The notes: generated by a model not told the origin, from the letters alone. A stretch of DNA of 64,000 nucleotides from Mobula hypostoma (GCF_963921235.1 NC_086109.1:7566001-7630000); one strand, 5' to 3'; numbered from the stretch's first letter, positions 39,171 through 52,529 are shown. Program-made: numbers and translations.

Positions 39171-40025
39171 GTCCATTTCCCTCCGAATTGCTGTTGGACC
39201 TACTGAGCCTCATTTGGAGCCTGAGAAGATTCAAAGCCTCTTGCAAACTGCTTCAGATGCACCGTGGAGAGCAGTCTGACTGGCTGCATCGCTGCCTGGT
39301 AGAGAGGCTCCAATGCACAGCCTCACAAGAGGCTGCAAAGGGTTGTAGACTCAGCCATTTTCATCATGGGCACAGCCCTCCCCACCATCAGGAACATCTG
39401 CAGCAACAATCTTTCACTCAACATCAGCAAGACCAGAGAGCCGATTGTGGGCTTCAGAAAGAGTAAGACAAAGGAACACACATCAATCCTCATAGAGGGA
39501 TCAGAAGTGGATAGAGCGAGCAATTTCAAGTTCCTGGGTGTCAAGATCTCTGAGGAACTCACCTGGATGCAACGTATTGGTGCAGCTATTAAGAAGGCAT
39601 ATCTGTGGCTATATTTCATTAGGAGTTGAGAAGATTTAGTTTGTTAATTAACAGATTCGAAAACTTCTACAAATGTACTGTGGAGAGCATTCTGACTGGC
39701 TGCGTCACCATCTGGTATGGGGAGGGGGGAGAGAGGGGCTACTGCTCCAGATAAAAGTAAGTTGCAGAAACTTGTAAAATTAGCCAACTCTATCATGGGT
39801 ACTAGCCTCTGTAGTAGTCTAGAAGTCTTCAAGAAACAGTGCCTTAGGAAGATGGCATCCCTCACCACCTGGGACGTGCCCTCTTCCTTTGGGACGAAGT
39901 TACAGGAGCCTGAAGGAACACACTCAGTGATTCGGGAACAGCTTCTTTCCTTCTGCCATCCGGTTTCTAAATGGACGTTGAAGCCATGAACACTACCTCT
40001 CTACTTTTTATTTCTGTTTCATTTT

Positions 40026-40490
40026 AATGATTCCAGGAATGAAAGGGTTACCCTACGAGGAACGTTCTGGCAGCTCTTGGGCTGTATTCCCTGGAGTTCA
40101 GGAGAATGAGGGGGGATGTCACAGAACCATTCCGAATGTTAAAAGGCCTGAACAGGTTAGATATGGCAAAGTTATTTCCCATGGTAGGAGATTCTAGGAC
40201 AAGAAGGTACAACTTCAGGATTGAAGGACAGAGATGCAGTGAAATTACTTTAGTCAGAGGGTGCTAAATCTGTGGAATTTGTTGCCATGAGCGGCTGTGG
40301 GGGCTAAGTCATTGGGTGTATTTAAGGCAGGGATAAATAGGTTCTTGATTAGCCAGGGCATCAAAGGGTATGGGGTGAAAGCAGGGGAGTGGGAATGACT
40401 GGAAGAATTGGATCAACCCATGATTGAATGGCGGAGCAGACTCGATGGGCCAAATGATCTACTTCTGCTCCTACATCTTATGGTCTTATT
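40026..40490 (+). mobile_element. CR1 3' end inserted in a Rex 3' UTR
   Basis: LGLYSLEFRRMRGD and a TCTTATGG tail. ATTTT on both sides. Confidence 0.8.
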
Positions 40491-41579
40491 TTGCAGCACT
40501 GCTTATTTTAACTTAACTTTTGAATAAACGTGTACATATATTTACTGCAATTCAGGTTTTCTTTATATTTATTTATCGTGCATTTCATTGTATGGCTGCT
40601 ATTAAGTTAACAAATTTCTCAATATATGTCAGTGAGATTGAACCTGAACCTGACCTGCAAAAGCTGGTACCTCAAGAAGACAGCATCCATCATTCAGGTC
40701 CTCGTTATCTGGGCTATGCCCTCTGCTCGTTACTATCATTGGGGAGGAGCCTGAAGGCCCACACTCAATGTTTTAAGAGGAGCTTCTTGCCCTCAACTAT
40801 CAGATTTCTGAACAGTCTGTGAACCCATAAAAACTTCCTCACTATTCCGCCTTTACACTATGAACAACGAACCTCATGCATACACCCAGTGACCACGTAA
40901 TTAGTGGCCACTGAGTGTACGTTTGTGGTCTTCTGTTTCTGTCGCCCACCCACTTCAGGGTTCGACATGTTGTGCGTTCAGAGATGGGTTTCTGGGTAGT
41001 GTGGCTTGTTGAGCCAATAGGGCCTGTACCACTCTGCATCTCTAAATAAAATAAAATACAATAAATTCAATATTGAGATTTCAATATTGGCAAAATCGAT
41101 TTTCCTTAAGATGGAGAGATAATTGTAACAGTAGTTGGCAGCTCATTTAGGGGAAGGAAAACTCAACCTTCACTGCCTTGCAGATATACCCACTCATGGG
41201 GAAGGCTTCAAGAGTAAACCCCCAAAGGAAAGTCAGGAGGTGGGGTCCTTAAGGCATTAGTACATTGAGGTCATTGCTGACTGGCAACTCCTGTAACACT
41301 GCTGGTGCCAAACTGTATCAGCCTCTGCCATTTCTTAAGATTCATCAGCTGCCTGGAGAGGGGGAGCCTGCTGCCTAGGCAACAGCTTACCTCCATATTG
41401 AAGAGCCCTGGTTTGTGTAGGACGCTACATCGATGCTCAGCCCTGACCAACAAAGAACCTCAGCACGCATGCATCTTCCCCAAGCTCCAGGTTGTGACTG
41501 GGTTCTGTGCTTAGAAGCAGCGCACACAAAATGCTGGAGGAACTCAGCAGGCCAGGCAGCACCTATGGAAAAGAGTAAA

Positions 41580-41617
41580 CAGTCGACGTTTCAGGCCGAG
41601 ACCCTTCATCAGGACTG
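41580..41617 (-). ncRNA. Minimal type-I hammerhead ribozyme motif (PLE-associated), best-preserved copy
   Basis: Minus strand: CAGTC-CTGATGA-AGGGTCTCGGCCT-GAAA-CG-TC-GACTG. Perfect stem I, intact core, GUC triplet. Confidence 0.75.
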
Positions 41618-42856
41618 AAGAGGGTCCTCAGCTGGCCAGCTGAGTTCCTGCAGCATTTTGTGCGTGTTTCTCTGGAGTTTCAGCATCTGCTGGTTTTCTC
41701 TTGTTTGTGGGTCGATGTTTAGAAGCGTGGCTTAATAATGGAGAATCTAACATGATCTGTCACTGATACTTGCACACTAACATTAGCAACTACAGGTTAC
41801 ACGCTTTTAACTTTATTAATGAGGATCCATTAGGAAATTACTCTTGCCAATAATAAATGAGCTGTCACAATTGGTCAATTAATTTTGGGAGTTTATTTAA
41901 AAGAACAATTGGGAGCATTGAAAAATGAAGTCAGAATTAGCAAACAAGATAGGAATTTTTATTAGAAATTGGTGTATATGAAATTAATTAGCAAAAGATT
42001 TATTTATTGATTGATACAATGCAGAATAGGCCCTTCCAGCCCTTTGAGCCATGCTGCCCAAAAATCCCCTGATTTAACCCTGGCCTAATCACGAGACAAT
42101 TTACAATGATCAATTAACCTACCAACCGGTACGTCTTTGGACTGTGGGAGGAAACCAGGGCACCCGGAGGAAACTCTCACGGTCATGGGGAGAACGTACA
42201 GGCAGTGGCGGGAATTGAACCTGGGTTGCTAGTACTGTAAAGTATTATGCTAACTATTACACCACTGTGCCACCCCAAATGATGTGACATTCATTTCAAA
42301 TCTCCCATTCTTTTGTTGCCTGTGACTTTCAATTTAGAGGATTTCAGACAAACTCAGATTGTTGTCTCTGGAACATCAAAGGCTGATGGGAGATCCGGTA
42401 GAAGTTGGTAACATTATGAGGGACATAGAGAGGGCAGAGATTCAGACTTTTTTTTTACCTCAGGATGATACTAGAGGACATGTAGTTACAGCAAGATGGA
42501 GGTGTGCAGGGGCAAGTTTTTACTGCTGGGAGTGCTGGAAGCAGGTGCAATAGTGGAGCTTAGACAAACACAGAAATGTGAAAGGAATGGAGAGATATTG
42601 ATTACGTACAGGCAAAGGAGATTCGGTTTAATTTAGCATTGTGTTTGGTTCCAATATCATGAGTAAAGGGGCCAGTTCCTGTTCTGTACTGCTTCATGTT
42701 CAAAGTACCTGGAAGACATCATCTCAAATTTGTAAATTCACATTAAATTGGTTTATGAGTGAATTAATTTGGTCAAATGTACTGAAATACAGTGGACAAC
42801 ATTTTTTTGCACGCCTTCCGTGCAGATTATGTCTTTACAACAGTTCATTACGGTAT

Positions 42857-43424
42857 TGTTATGTTTTGTAACTTCAAAACATTAAATTAATTCAAAGAAA
42901 CTCAAGGGAGTCCCAAAATGTGGGTGTAGTTCGAGTTTAGTTGAAGTGAGGCGTGCCAAGTACCATGTGGTAGTGTGATGATGTAGGTAATTCAAGTATT
43001 TTCACATATAATCAGTTATTTAAACAAACAAGAATGCTTAATCTAACACTATATATACATTAAAAGGCATCCGTTAGTCTTGCGAGACCATGGATCTGCG
43101 CCTGGAAAGTCTTCATTCTCCAGGGCACAGGCCTGGGCAAGGTTGTATGGAAGACCAGCAGTTGCCCATGCTGCAAGTCTCCCCTCTCCATGACACCGAT
43201 GTTGTCCAAGGGAAGGGTGTTAGGACCCAAACAGCTTGGCACCAGTGTCGTCGCAGAGCAATGTGTGGTTAAGTGCCTTGCTCAAGGACACAACACGCTG
43301 CCCCGTCTGGGGCTCGAACTCATGACCTTCAGGTCGCCAGTCCAATGCCTTAACCACTTGGCCACGTGCCCACAATATATATACAAGGTCACTCAAATAT
43401 TACTGAAATATTAAATACACAACA
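42857..43424. mobile_element. Possible AT-rich solo LTR hosting a family C SINE
   Basis: Segment bounded by TGTT...AACA that interrupts a common LINE-tail repeat. No clear TSD. Confidence 0.4.
43060..43375 (-). mobile_element. Family C tRNA-SINE, TSD TATATATACA
   Basis: Reverse complement of the 9295 copy. TATATATACA at 43050-43059 and 43376-43385. Confidence 0.85.
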
Positions 43425-43829
43425 AGGGAAAACAGTAACACAATGCAGAATAAAGTGTAACAGTTACAGAGAAAGTGCTGTGCAGGCAGACAATAAGGTC
43501 ATAGTGAGGTAGATTATAAGGCCAAGAAACTATTATATCATTCAGGTGATAATGCAATCGTCTTGTAACAGCGGGATAGAAGCTGTCCTTGAGCCTGGTA
43601 GTACGTGTTTTCAGATTTTGTACCTTCTGCCCCACTGGGGTGTAAAGGTATGTCTAAGGTGGGCGACGGGCATTTGCTAATGTTGGGCTGCTTTCCTGAG
43701 AGTCTAGACTGAGTCCTTGGATGGGAAGCTGGTTTCTGTACGTCCACAACTCTCCGCAGTTTCTTGCGATCATGGGCAGAGCTGTTGCCGTACTAAGCTG
43801 TGATGCACTCAGGAAAGACGTTTCGCAAA

Positions 43830-44406
43830 CATGAGAGAGTCTGCAGATGCTGGAAATCGTCGAGGTGTCGAGCACCTCCGCAAGATCCACCACAAGCGGG
43901 ACTTCCCAGTGGCCAAACATTTTAATTCCCATTCCCATTCCTGTTCCGCCATGTTGATCCACGGCCTCCCCTTGTGCCAAGATGAAGCCACCCTCATGGT
44001 GGAGGAGCAACACTTTATATTCCATCTGGGTAGTTTCCAACCTGATGGCATGAATATCGATTTCTCCTTCTGCTGAAAAAATACCCCCCCCCACCTTCCT
44101 CTATTCCCACTCTGACCTTTAACTCCTTCTCACCTGCCTGATACTTCGCCTGGGTCTTCTCCTCCTTCCCTTTCTCTTATGGTCCACTCTCCTCTCCTGT
44201 CAGATTCTTCCTTCTCCAGCCCTTGACCTTTCCCACCCACCTGGCTTCACCTATTACCTTACAAATGGCTTCTTTCCCTCCCCCCCACCTTTTTATTTAG
44301 GCGTCTTCCCCCTTCCCTTTCAGTCCTGAAGACCCAAAATGTCGACTGTTCACTCTTTTCCATAGATGCTGCCTGACCTGCTGAATTCCTCCAGCATTTT
44401 GTGAGT
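43830..44406 (+). mobile_element. PLE 3' fragment with short inverted terminal piece at its 5' end
   Basis: EHLRKIH..DFPVAKHFNSHSH...EEQHFIFHLGSFQPDGMNIDFS (GIY-YIG C-terminus). Preceded by an inverted CTGCAGATGCTGGAAATC. Confidence 0.75.
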
Positions 44407-44719
44407 GAAGATATTTTACATGTTGGAACAGTATTAGAACCTACAGAGGAAGAAAGTGTCTGAATCTTGTAGATCACAAAGCCTTGTCAGTATCTCACAG
44501 TAGAATATGACAATTTCGATTTGTGTTCTGCCATTCACCCCAGCAACCACTTATTATCTCACTGATAGAGAGGGGAGGGCAAGCAAAGCAGGATACTTCA
44601 GCTGTGCTTAATAAAACACAAACTGGCTGTCCAAAAAAACTTCATCAGAAGGAGTCTCGTCCAAAGAAACAACCTTTTAACTCTTTTTAACAGACAAGAA
44701 AGGGGCTAATCCTACCATT

Positions 44720-47180
44720 ATCAGAAATATTTCCAAATTGATGGCAGGACAGCTCCAACTACATGGAATAATCGGAATAATGATAGCACACAAACCCAGC
44801 ACGGCCATCGGAATGCTCGTCTCGGGAACCAAGATTCCAGCTGCCCATACGGGGAGAACAAACATAATATTCCAAATCCCTTATGGATCTGCCACAAGTA
44901 CTACGTAGGACAGACGGGGAGAAGACTATCCACTAGTTTACATGAGCATCGGCTAAACATAAGAAATAGGAGCTGGAGTCGGCCATCCGGCCCATTGAGC
45001 CAGCCCCACCATTCAATAAGATCGTGGCTGATCTGTCCGTAAACTCAGCTCCATCTACCTGCCTTTTCCCCATAGCCATTAAATCCTTTACTATATAAAA
45101 ATCTATCTAACTGTATCTTAAATATATTTAGTGAAGAAGCCTCAACTGCTTCCCTGGGCAGAGAATTTCACAGATTCACCACTCTCTGGGAAAAACAGTT
45201 TCTCCTCATCTCTGTCCTAAATCTTCTCCCCTGAATCTTGAGGCAATATCCCCTAGTTCTAGTCTCATCTACCAATGGAAGCAACTTTCCTACTTCTATC
45301 TTATCTATCCCTATCAAAATTTTGTATATTTCTATAAGATCCCCTCTCATTCTTCTGAACTCCAGAGAGTATAGTCCCAGGTGACTCAGTCCCTCCTCAT
45401 AGGATAACCCCTTCATCCCTGGAATCAATTTGGTGAACCTCCTCTGCACTGCCTCCAAAGCCAGTATATCCTTCCTCAAGTATGGAGACCAGAACTGCAC
45501 ACAGTACTCCAGGTGCAGTCTCACCCGTACCCTGTGTAGTTGCAGCATGACCTCCCTGCTCTTGAATTCAATCCCTCTAGCAATGAAGGCCAACATTCTG
45601 TTTGCCTTCTTAATAACCTGTTGTATCTGCAAGCCAACTTTTTGCGATTCATGAACAAGCACTCCCAAGTCCCTCTGCACAACAGCATGCTGCAATCTTT
45701 CACCATTTAAATAATAATCTGCTCTTCTATTATTTCTTCCGAATTGGATAACCTCGCATTTACCAATGTTGTATTCCATCTGCCAGACCTTGGCCCACTC
45801 ACTTAACCTATCTATATCCCTCTGCAAACTCTCCACATCCTCTGTACAATTTGATTTTCCACTCAGTTTAGTGTCATCAGCAAATTTTGCTATGCTACAC
45901 TCAGTCCCCTCTTCCAAATCATCAATGTAAATGGTAAACAGCTGTGGGCCCAGCACCGACCCCTGAGGCACCCCACTCACCACTGACTGCCAACCGGAGA
46001 AACACCCATTTATACCAACTCTCTACCTTCTATCGGTTAACCAATCCACTATCCATGCCAATACACCTCCTCCGACTCCATGCATCCGTATCTTATTTAT
46101 AAGTCTCTTGTGCGGCACCTTATCGAACACCTTCTGGAAATCCAAGTATATGACATCCACCTGTTCCCCTCTATCCACTGCACTCATTATGTTCTCAAAG
46201 AACTCCAGTAATTTTGTCAAACAGGACCTGCCCTTTCCGAATCCATGCTGCGTCTGTCTAATGGAACCACTCCTTTCTAAATGTTTTGCTATTTCTTCCT
46301 TAATGGCAGCTTCAAGCATTTTCCTGACTACAGATGTTAAGCTAATTGGCCTATAGTTGCCTGTCTTTTGTTCACATCCTTTTTTAAAAGGTGGCGTGAC
46401 ATTTGCTGTCTTCCAATCTCCTGGGACCTGCCCAGAGTCTAGAGCATTTTGATAAATGATTACCAACGCTTCTACTATAACCTCTGTCAATTCCCTCAGC
46501 ACCCTGGGATGCATCCCTTCAGGACCAGGGGACTTATCTACCTTCAGGCCCTCTAGTTTGCTCATCACTATCTCTTTAGTGACAGTGATTTTATCGAGGT
46601 CCTCACCTCCCATTTCGTCCATAACATCCTTCTTTGGCATATTAAATCTGTCCTCCACCGTGAAGACCGACACAAAATAGTCGTTCAATGCCTCAGCCAT
46701 TTCCTTATCACCCAATATCAATTTCCCCTTCTTGTCTTCCAAGGGACCTACGTTGACTTTAGCCACCCTCTTCCACTTTATATATTTATAAAAACTTTTG
46801 CTATCTGTTTTTATATTTTGTGCTAATTTACTTTCATACTCTGTCTTCCCTTTCCTTATTTTTTGTTTGTTGTTCTTTGTTGCTTTTTAAAGTTTTCCCA
46901 ATCCTCCAGTCTCCCACTACTCTTTGTGACTTTGTACACATGAGCTTTTAATTTGATACTATCTTGTATTTCCTTAGTTATCCAAGGCTGGCTCTCCCCA
47001 CACTTACTTTTGGCTAGCCATAAGAAGACACGTAGGACACAAGTTCATCTGGGAAGCTATAAAAATCCTGGTAGAAGCACAAAACAAGAAATCAAGAGAA
47101 ATCTTAGAAGTTTGGTTCGCCATGAAAGACTCTATTAACAAGCATATTGATCTGGATGTCATTTATGCCCTTCGCTCAAG
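44720..47180 (+). mobile_element. Second-family Penelope-like GIY-YIG fragment split by CR1
   Basis: IAHKP....GRTNIIFQIP..C.KYYVGQTGRRLSTSLHEHRL | AIRRH..HKFIWEAIKIL.....SREILEVWF...SINKHIDLDVIY. Confidence 0.8.
44956..47011 (-). mobile_element. 5'-truncated CR1 LINE with largely intact RT, TSD GGCTA
   Basis: ORFs 46023-46766 and 45168-45983 ([36 protein letters not shown]). GGCTA at 44951-44955 and 47012-47016. Confidence 0.93.
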
Positions 47181-48129
47181 CTGTTTTGTCAACCTGCTAA
47201 CTTTCTCTGAGATCATTCTAACCTTTCCCTCCTACATAGCCCTCTATTTTTCTTTCATCCTTGCGCTTACCTAAGGGTTTCTCAAATGGCCGTAATGTAG
47301 AGTGTATCTGCCTCCACCATCACACCAAGCATTGTGCTCCATTCAGCCACTACTTTCTGTAAAAATACCTACCTCTGACCGTCCCCGTATACTTTCCTCC
47401 AATCTCCTTACAATTATGCTTCCTGTTTTAGCCATTTCTGCTGTGGGCAAATGCCACTACTTATCCACTCAAACTATAGTTTCTCTTGTTCCTTTCCACG
47501 CTTTGCATCACATTGGGCAGCAACCTTGCCTTTGTTTTAGCATTTTTGCCTCCTTTTTATGAGGCCGGCTTGCTAGCTCGGCACACAACCCAGCACAGGT
47601 GGAAGGCGTGTTAGGAGCCAGCTGGATTCGAACTCAGGACCACATGCCTCGAAGTCCAGCATGGATGCCATTACACCACAGGCTGGCAACTCACTCCCTG
47701 CCTCTTATCGTCTTGAACAGTTCTATCAAGTCACCGCTCATCCTGCTTTGCTCCAAAGAGAAAAGCCCGGGCTCACTCAACCTATCCTCATAAGACATGC
47801 TCTCTAATCCAGGCAGTATCCTGGTAAATCTCCTCTGCACCCTCTCTAAAGCTTCCACATCCTTCCTATAATGAGGCAACCAGAACTGAACACAATATTC
47901 TAAGTGTGGTCTAACACAGCAGTGATTCAGTTGACATTGTCCATCAGGGAACTGGAGGCAGTGTGAATATGGCAAAGAGGAAGAGTTGATGCCTGGCCTA
48001 GTTCAGCCATGATCATATGAAATGGTGGGATAAGTTTGAGGGGCCGAGTGGCCTACTCCTGCTCCTATTTTTTAGAAATCTCATCTTCAATCTGGATTAG
48101 TAAGGGAACACTTGTTCCACATTTTCTCT

Positions 48130-49380
48130 ATGACTGTACATGCTGGGTTGTAACCGTATGTGTTGTGAGTGACTGTATCTACTATGTGTGACTGTATGTG
48201 CTGTGTGTGACTGTATGTACTGTGTGTGACTGTATGTGCTGTGTGTGACTGTGTGTGCTGTGCTGACTGTATGTACTGCGTGTTGTGTATGAATGAATGT
48301 GCTATGTCTGACTGTATGTGTTGTGTGTGCCTGCTATGTCTGACTGTATGTATGTGTGTGGCTGTATGTGCTGTGTGTGACTGTATGTCCGGCGTGTGAC
48401 TGTGCTATGTCTGACTGTATGTCCAGTGTGTGACTGTATGTGCTGTGTGTGACTGTATGTACTGTGTGTGACTGTATGTGCTGTGTGTGACTGTATGTCC
48501 GGTGTGTGACTGTATGTGCTGTGTGTGACTGTGTGTGCTGTGCTGACTGTATGTACTGCGTGTTGTGTATGACTGAATGTGCTATGTCTGACTGTATGTG
48601 TTGTGTGTGCCTGCTATGTCTGACTGTATGTATGTGTGTGACTGTATGTGCTGTGTGTGACTGTATGTACTGTGTGTGACTGTATGTGCTGTGTGTGACT
48701 GTATGTCCGGTGTGTGACTGTATGTGCTGTGTGTGACTGTATGTGCTATGTCTGACTGTATGTCCGGTGTGTGACTGTATGTGCTGTGTGTGACTGTGTG
48801 TGCTGTGTGAGACTGTATGTCCAGCATGTGACTGTATGTGCTGTGTGTGACTGTATGTCCGGTGTGTGACTGTATGTGCTGTGTGTGACTGTATGTGCTG
48901 TATGTGACTGTGCTATGTCTGACTGTATGTATGTGTGTGACTGTATGTGCTGTGTGTGACTGTATGTGCTGTGTGTGACTGTATGTCCGGTGTGTGACTG
49001 TATGTGCTGTGTGTGACTGTATGTGCTGTGTGAGACTGTGCTATGTCTGACTGTATGTCCAGTGTGTGACTGTATGTGCTGTGTGAGACTGTATGTCCAG
49101 CGTGTGACTGTATGTGCTGTGTGTGACTGTATGTCCGGTGTGTGACTGTATGTGCTGTGTGAGACTGTGTTATGTCTGACTGTATGTCCAGTGTGTGACT
49201 GTATGTGCTGTGTGTGACTGTATGTGCTGTGTGAGACTGTATGTCCAGTGTGTGACTGTATGTGCTGTGTGTGACTGTATGTCCAGTGTGTGACTGTATG
49301 TGCTGTGTGTGACTGTATGTGCTGTGTGAGACTGTATGTCCGGTGTGTGACTGTATGTGCTGTGTGTGAATGTATATACT
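48130..49380. repeat. 19-bp minisatellite (CTGTGTGTGACTGTATGTG)n
   Basis: Directly visible. It produces the 19-aa periodic pseudo-ORF HSTYSHTPDIQSHTAHTVT. Confidence 0.95.
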
Positions 49381-52300
49381 GTATTTTGCACCTTAGGCAT
49401 GGAGGAACACTATTTCATTTATCTGTATACATGTGTATCGTTGACTGACAATAAACTTGAACTTGAACTTGATAACTGTTGGGGTTTAACTAGTGGTAGT
49501 TTTCTCTGGAGATGTCTTGCCATTGTTACCACTGGAACTTTCACTTCTGGGTTAAGTAAAAATATTCTCATAAGGAGAGCAGAAAAATCTGCTTTGCTTA
49601 ACTCCTTCTCTCCGTCTGTCTGTGTAGATAAACTGAAATTGAAAAGGATTTACTTTAATCTTACCGCCTACAGGTGCTGTGAGATAAGAGAGATAATGTA
49701 GTGGTGAGGCTGTGGGAACACAGCAAACAAAAAACTAGAGTAACTCTGATGCCTCCCTGCCCCAACACCCTTCGAGATTTCTCTCTCCCCCGTTCTGACT
49801 TTTCCATCATTGCTAATCATGTACCCTCCACCAGTTGATCAGCCTCACTGCTTGGGGAAAGTAACTGTGAGTCTAGTGGTCCTGGTGTGGATGCTACATT
49901 GCCTCCTCCCTGATGGGAGTGGGATAAACAGTGCATGAACAGGGTGGGTGGGATTCTTCATCATGTTACGGGCCCTTTTCTGGCACTTTTCTGAATATAT
50001 GACCTTGATGATGGGTAGGCTAGTTTGATGTTCCATCAATTGTTAGCACGTCCTGAAGATGTCTGAACTCAGCAATGTTCATTGAGAAGCTCGGACGGTA
50101 CTTTGGAATCAGGTTTCTGAATTGAAGGTTCTTTATTGCTTCAAGTAACGTTAATGCTGGTTGAAAAATGGTCATTCCTGTCTCATCCACCTCTCTGCCA
50201 CTCCCCCCTCAAAACTTGGTTAAATTAAACTCACTTGGAGTCACACATTTGTCTTCCCAAAATGTAAGACCTCCCATTGACCGGAATCAAACTCCTGAGA
50301 CAGTTCAGCTCTCTGAGGATCTGCCCTGGGCCCAGCATATTGATACAGCTACAAAGGCATGGCAGGACAGCAGCTAGATCGCTGAGGATCTACCTTGGGC
50401 CCAGAATATCGATACAGCTACAGCAGCCGTATTACTTTAGCTGTTTGAGGAGATTTGGAATGTCACCAAAAACACTTGTAAATTTGCATAGATGTATAGT
50501 GGGGAGCATTCTAACGGGCTGCATCGCTGTCTGGTATTGGGGGGCAGGGGGCTACTACACAGGATCAAAATAAGCTGCAGAGAGTTGTAAACTTAGCTCC
50601 ATCATGGGGACTAGCCTCCGTAGTATCCAGGACATCTTCAAGGAACGGCGCCTCAAAAAGGCGGCATCCATCATTAAGGACTCTCACCACCCAGAACATG
50701 CCCTCTTCTCATTGTTACCATCAGGGAGGAGGTACAGGAGCCTGAAGGCACACACACAATGATTCAGGAACAGCTTCTTCCCCTTCGCCATCAGAACTCT
50801 GAACGGACATTGAACCCATGAACACTACCCCACTACCTTTTTATTTCTATTTTTGCACTACTTATTTGTTAACTATTATAGCTAAACCATATATATACAC
50901 ATACTCACTGTAATTCAGTTTTTTTTCTCTGTTATTACATATTACATTGTATTGTTGCCACAATGAAAGCAAATTTTATGTCATATGCCAGTGATATTAA
51001 ACCTGATTCGGATTTTTCGGCTGCTAGGTCGAAAGGAACTGCATTCTAAAAAACAACGGAACAAAACACTAAATAGAAACTTGAAGCAGGAGAAGACAAT
51101 TCACCCCAATGAGCCTCCTCTGCCATTCTGCAAGGTCACAGCTGATCTACAGTATCTCAAGCATTATTCCCATTCTTCATTGTCCCGAGACCTAAGAATG
51201 CAATCGACGCCTGAACCTTCACGGCCCCCTGAGGAAGAAAGTTCTAACCATTTCACTGGTTCAATGGTTCCACTTAATATCAGAGAATGTATACAGTGTA
51301 CAGCTTGAAAATCTTTCTCTTCATAGACATCCACAAAGCAGAAAAAACAGAATGAATGGCAGGAAGACATTAGAACCCCAAACTACCCACTCCCACACAC
51401 AAGCAGCAGCAATCAACCCTCCCCCACAGCAAAAGCATTAGAACCCCACCCCACCACCCACCATACAAGCTTTAACAAAGCCCCAGATCTAGAGTCTGTC
51501 AAAACCCACTGTTCACCCAACAGTTTGACACCCCGCGGGCTGTCTCTCTCACTAACAAGGCAGTAAAGAAACATCCCCTCATCTTAATCGCCCATAGCCA
51601 GCCTCTTAAATTGACACTATGACCGCCAGTTCTGGAATCCATTAAAGAATAAATATTAGAGATCAGCTTTACATCGGAGCACACAGTGAAATGCGTTGTT
51701 CTGCCTCCAAGACCAACACAGACCGAGGATGTGCAGGGGGAAGCCATGCTTGTGGCACCAACATCACATGGGCACAAATTACCCATAAGTCTTTGGAATG
51801 TGTGAGGAAATCCAAGCACTTGGAGGAAGCCATGCAATCATGGGAAGAATGTACAAACTCCTTACAGACGAAGACAGGAACTAAAACCCAATCGCTAGCT
51901 AACCCAATCACTGTCCACAGTCAAGATGACCATCTTTCCCATGTCAACTCCACCAGCCACTAACCCACCCCTCCACACCCCCAACCACTACTACTTTATC
52001 ATTTCCTGTCAGTCACCTTCTGTGCAGACACTCCTGTACCTAGCATCCCTTTATGTACATAAATCAATCTATGTAAATAAACTATCTTATGTATTTAAAC
52101 TGTAGTGTGATTTTTTTTTTATTTTTTATCGTATTGTGGTTTTTTTTATGCTGGAAACAACCTTGTGCACTGGAAATGGCATTAATCAATCTTGAAACTT
52201 ATTCTCACTCTCTGCAAGATGTCTGTAGTTTTCTTGTGGGAAATTACCTGCTCTCCTCCAAGGCTAATCTTTTCCCACCAGAAATTAAAACCTTTGCACA

Positions 52301-52529
52301 GCGAGCTCCTCAAAGGCAATAGTGCTATAATTGCAACAAATAGTCAACACTTAATCTGAGCCTCTTCGCTTATTCTGTGCTCTGTGGGAGTACAGTTCTC
52401 AAATGCCGAGTTCCAGCTGTCAAAGAGTGGAGATGGCGCATTTAAGCAGGAAATGAAGCTCATTCACAACTCTCTGGAGTGCAGTGGGATTCCAGCATAT
52501 GGGAAATTTTGCTTCATAGAGCATAGACT

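Noticed and set aside
48582..49400. His/Thr/Ser-rich periodic ORFs
   Set aside because: Minisatellite translation.
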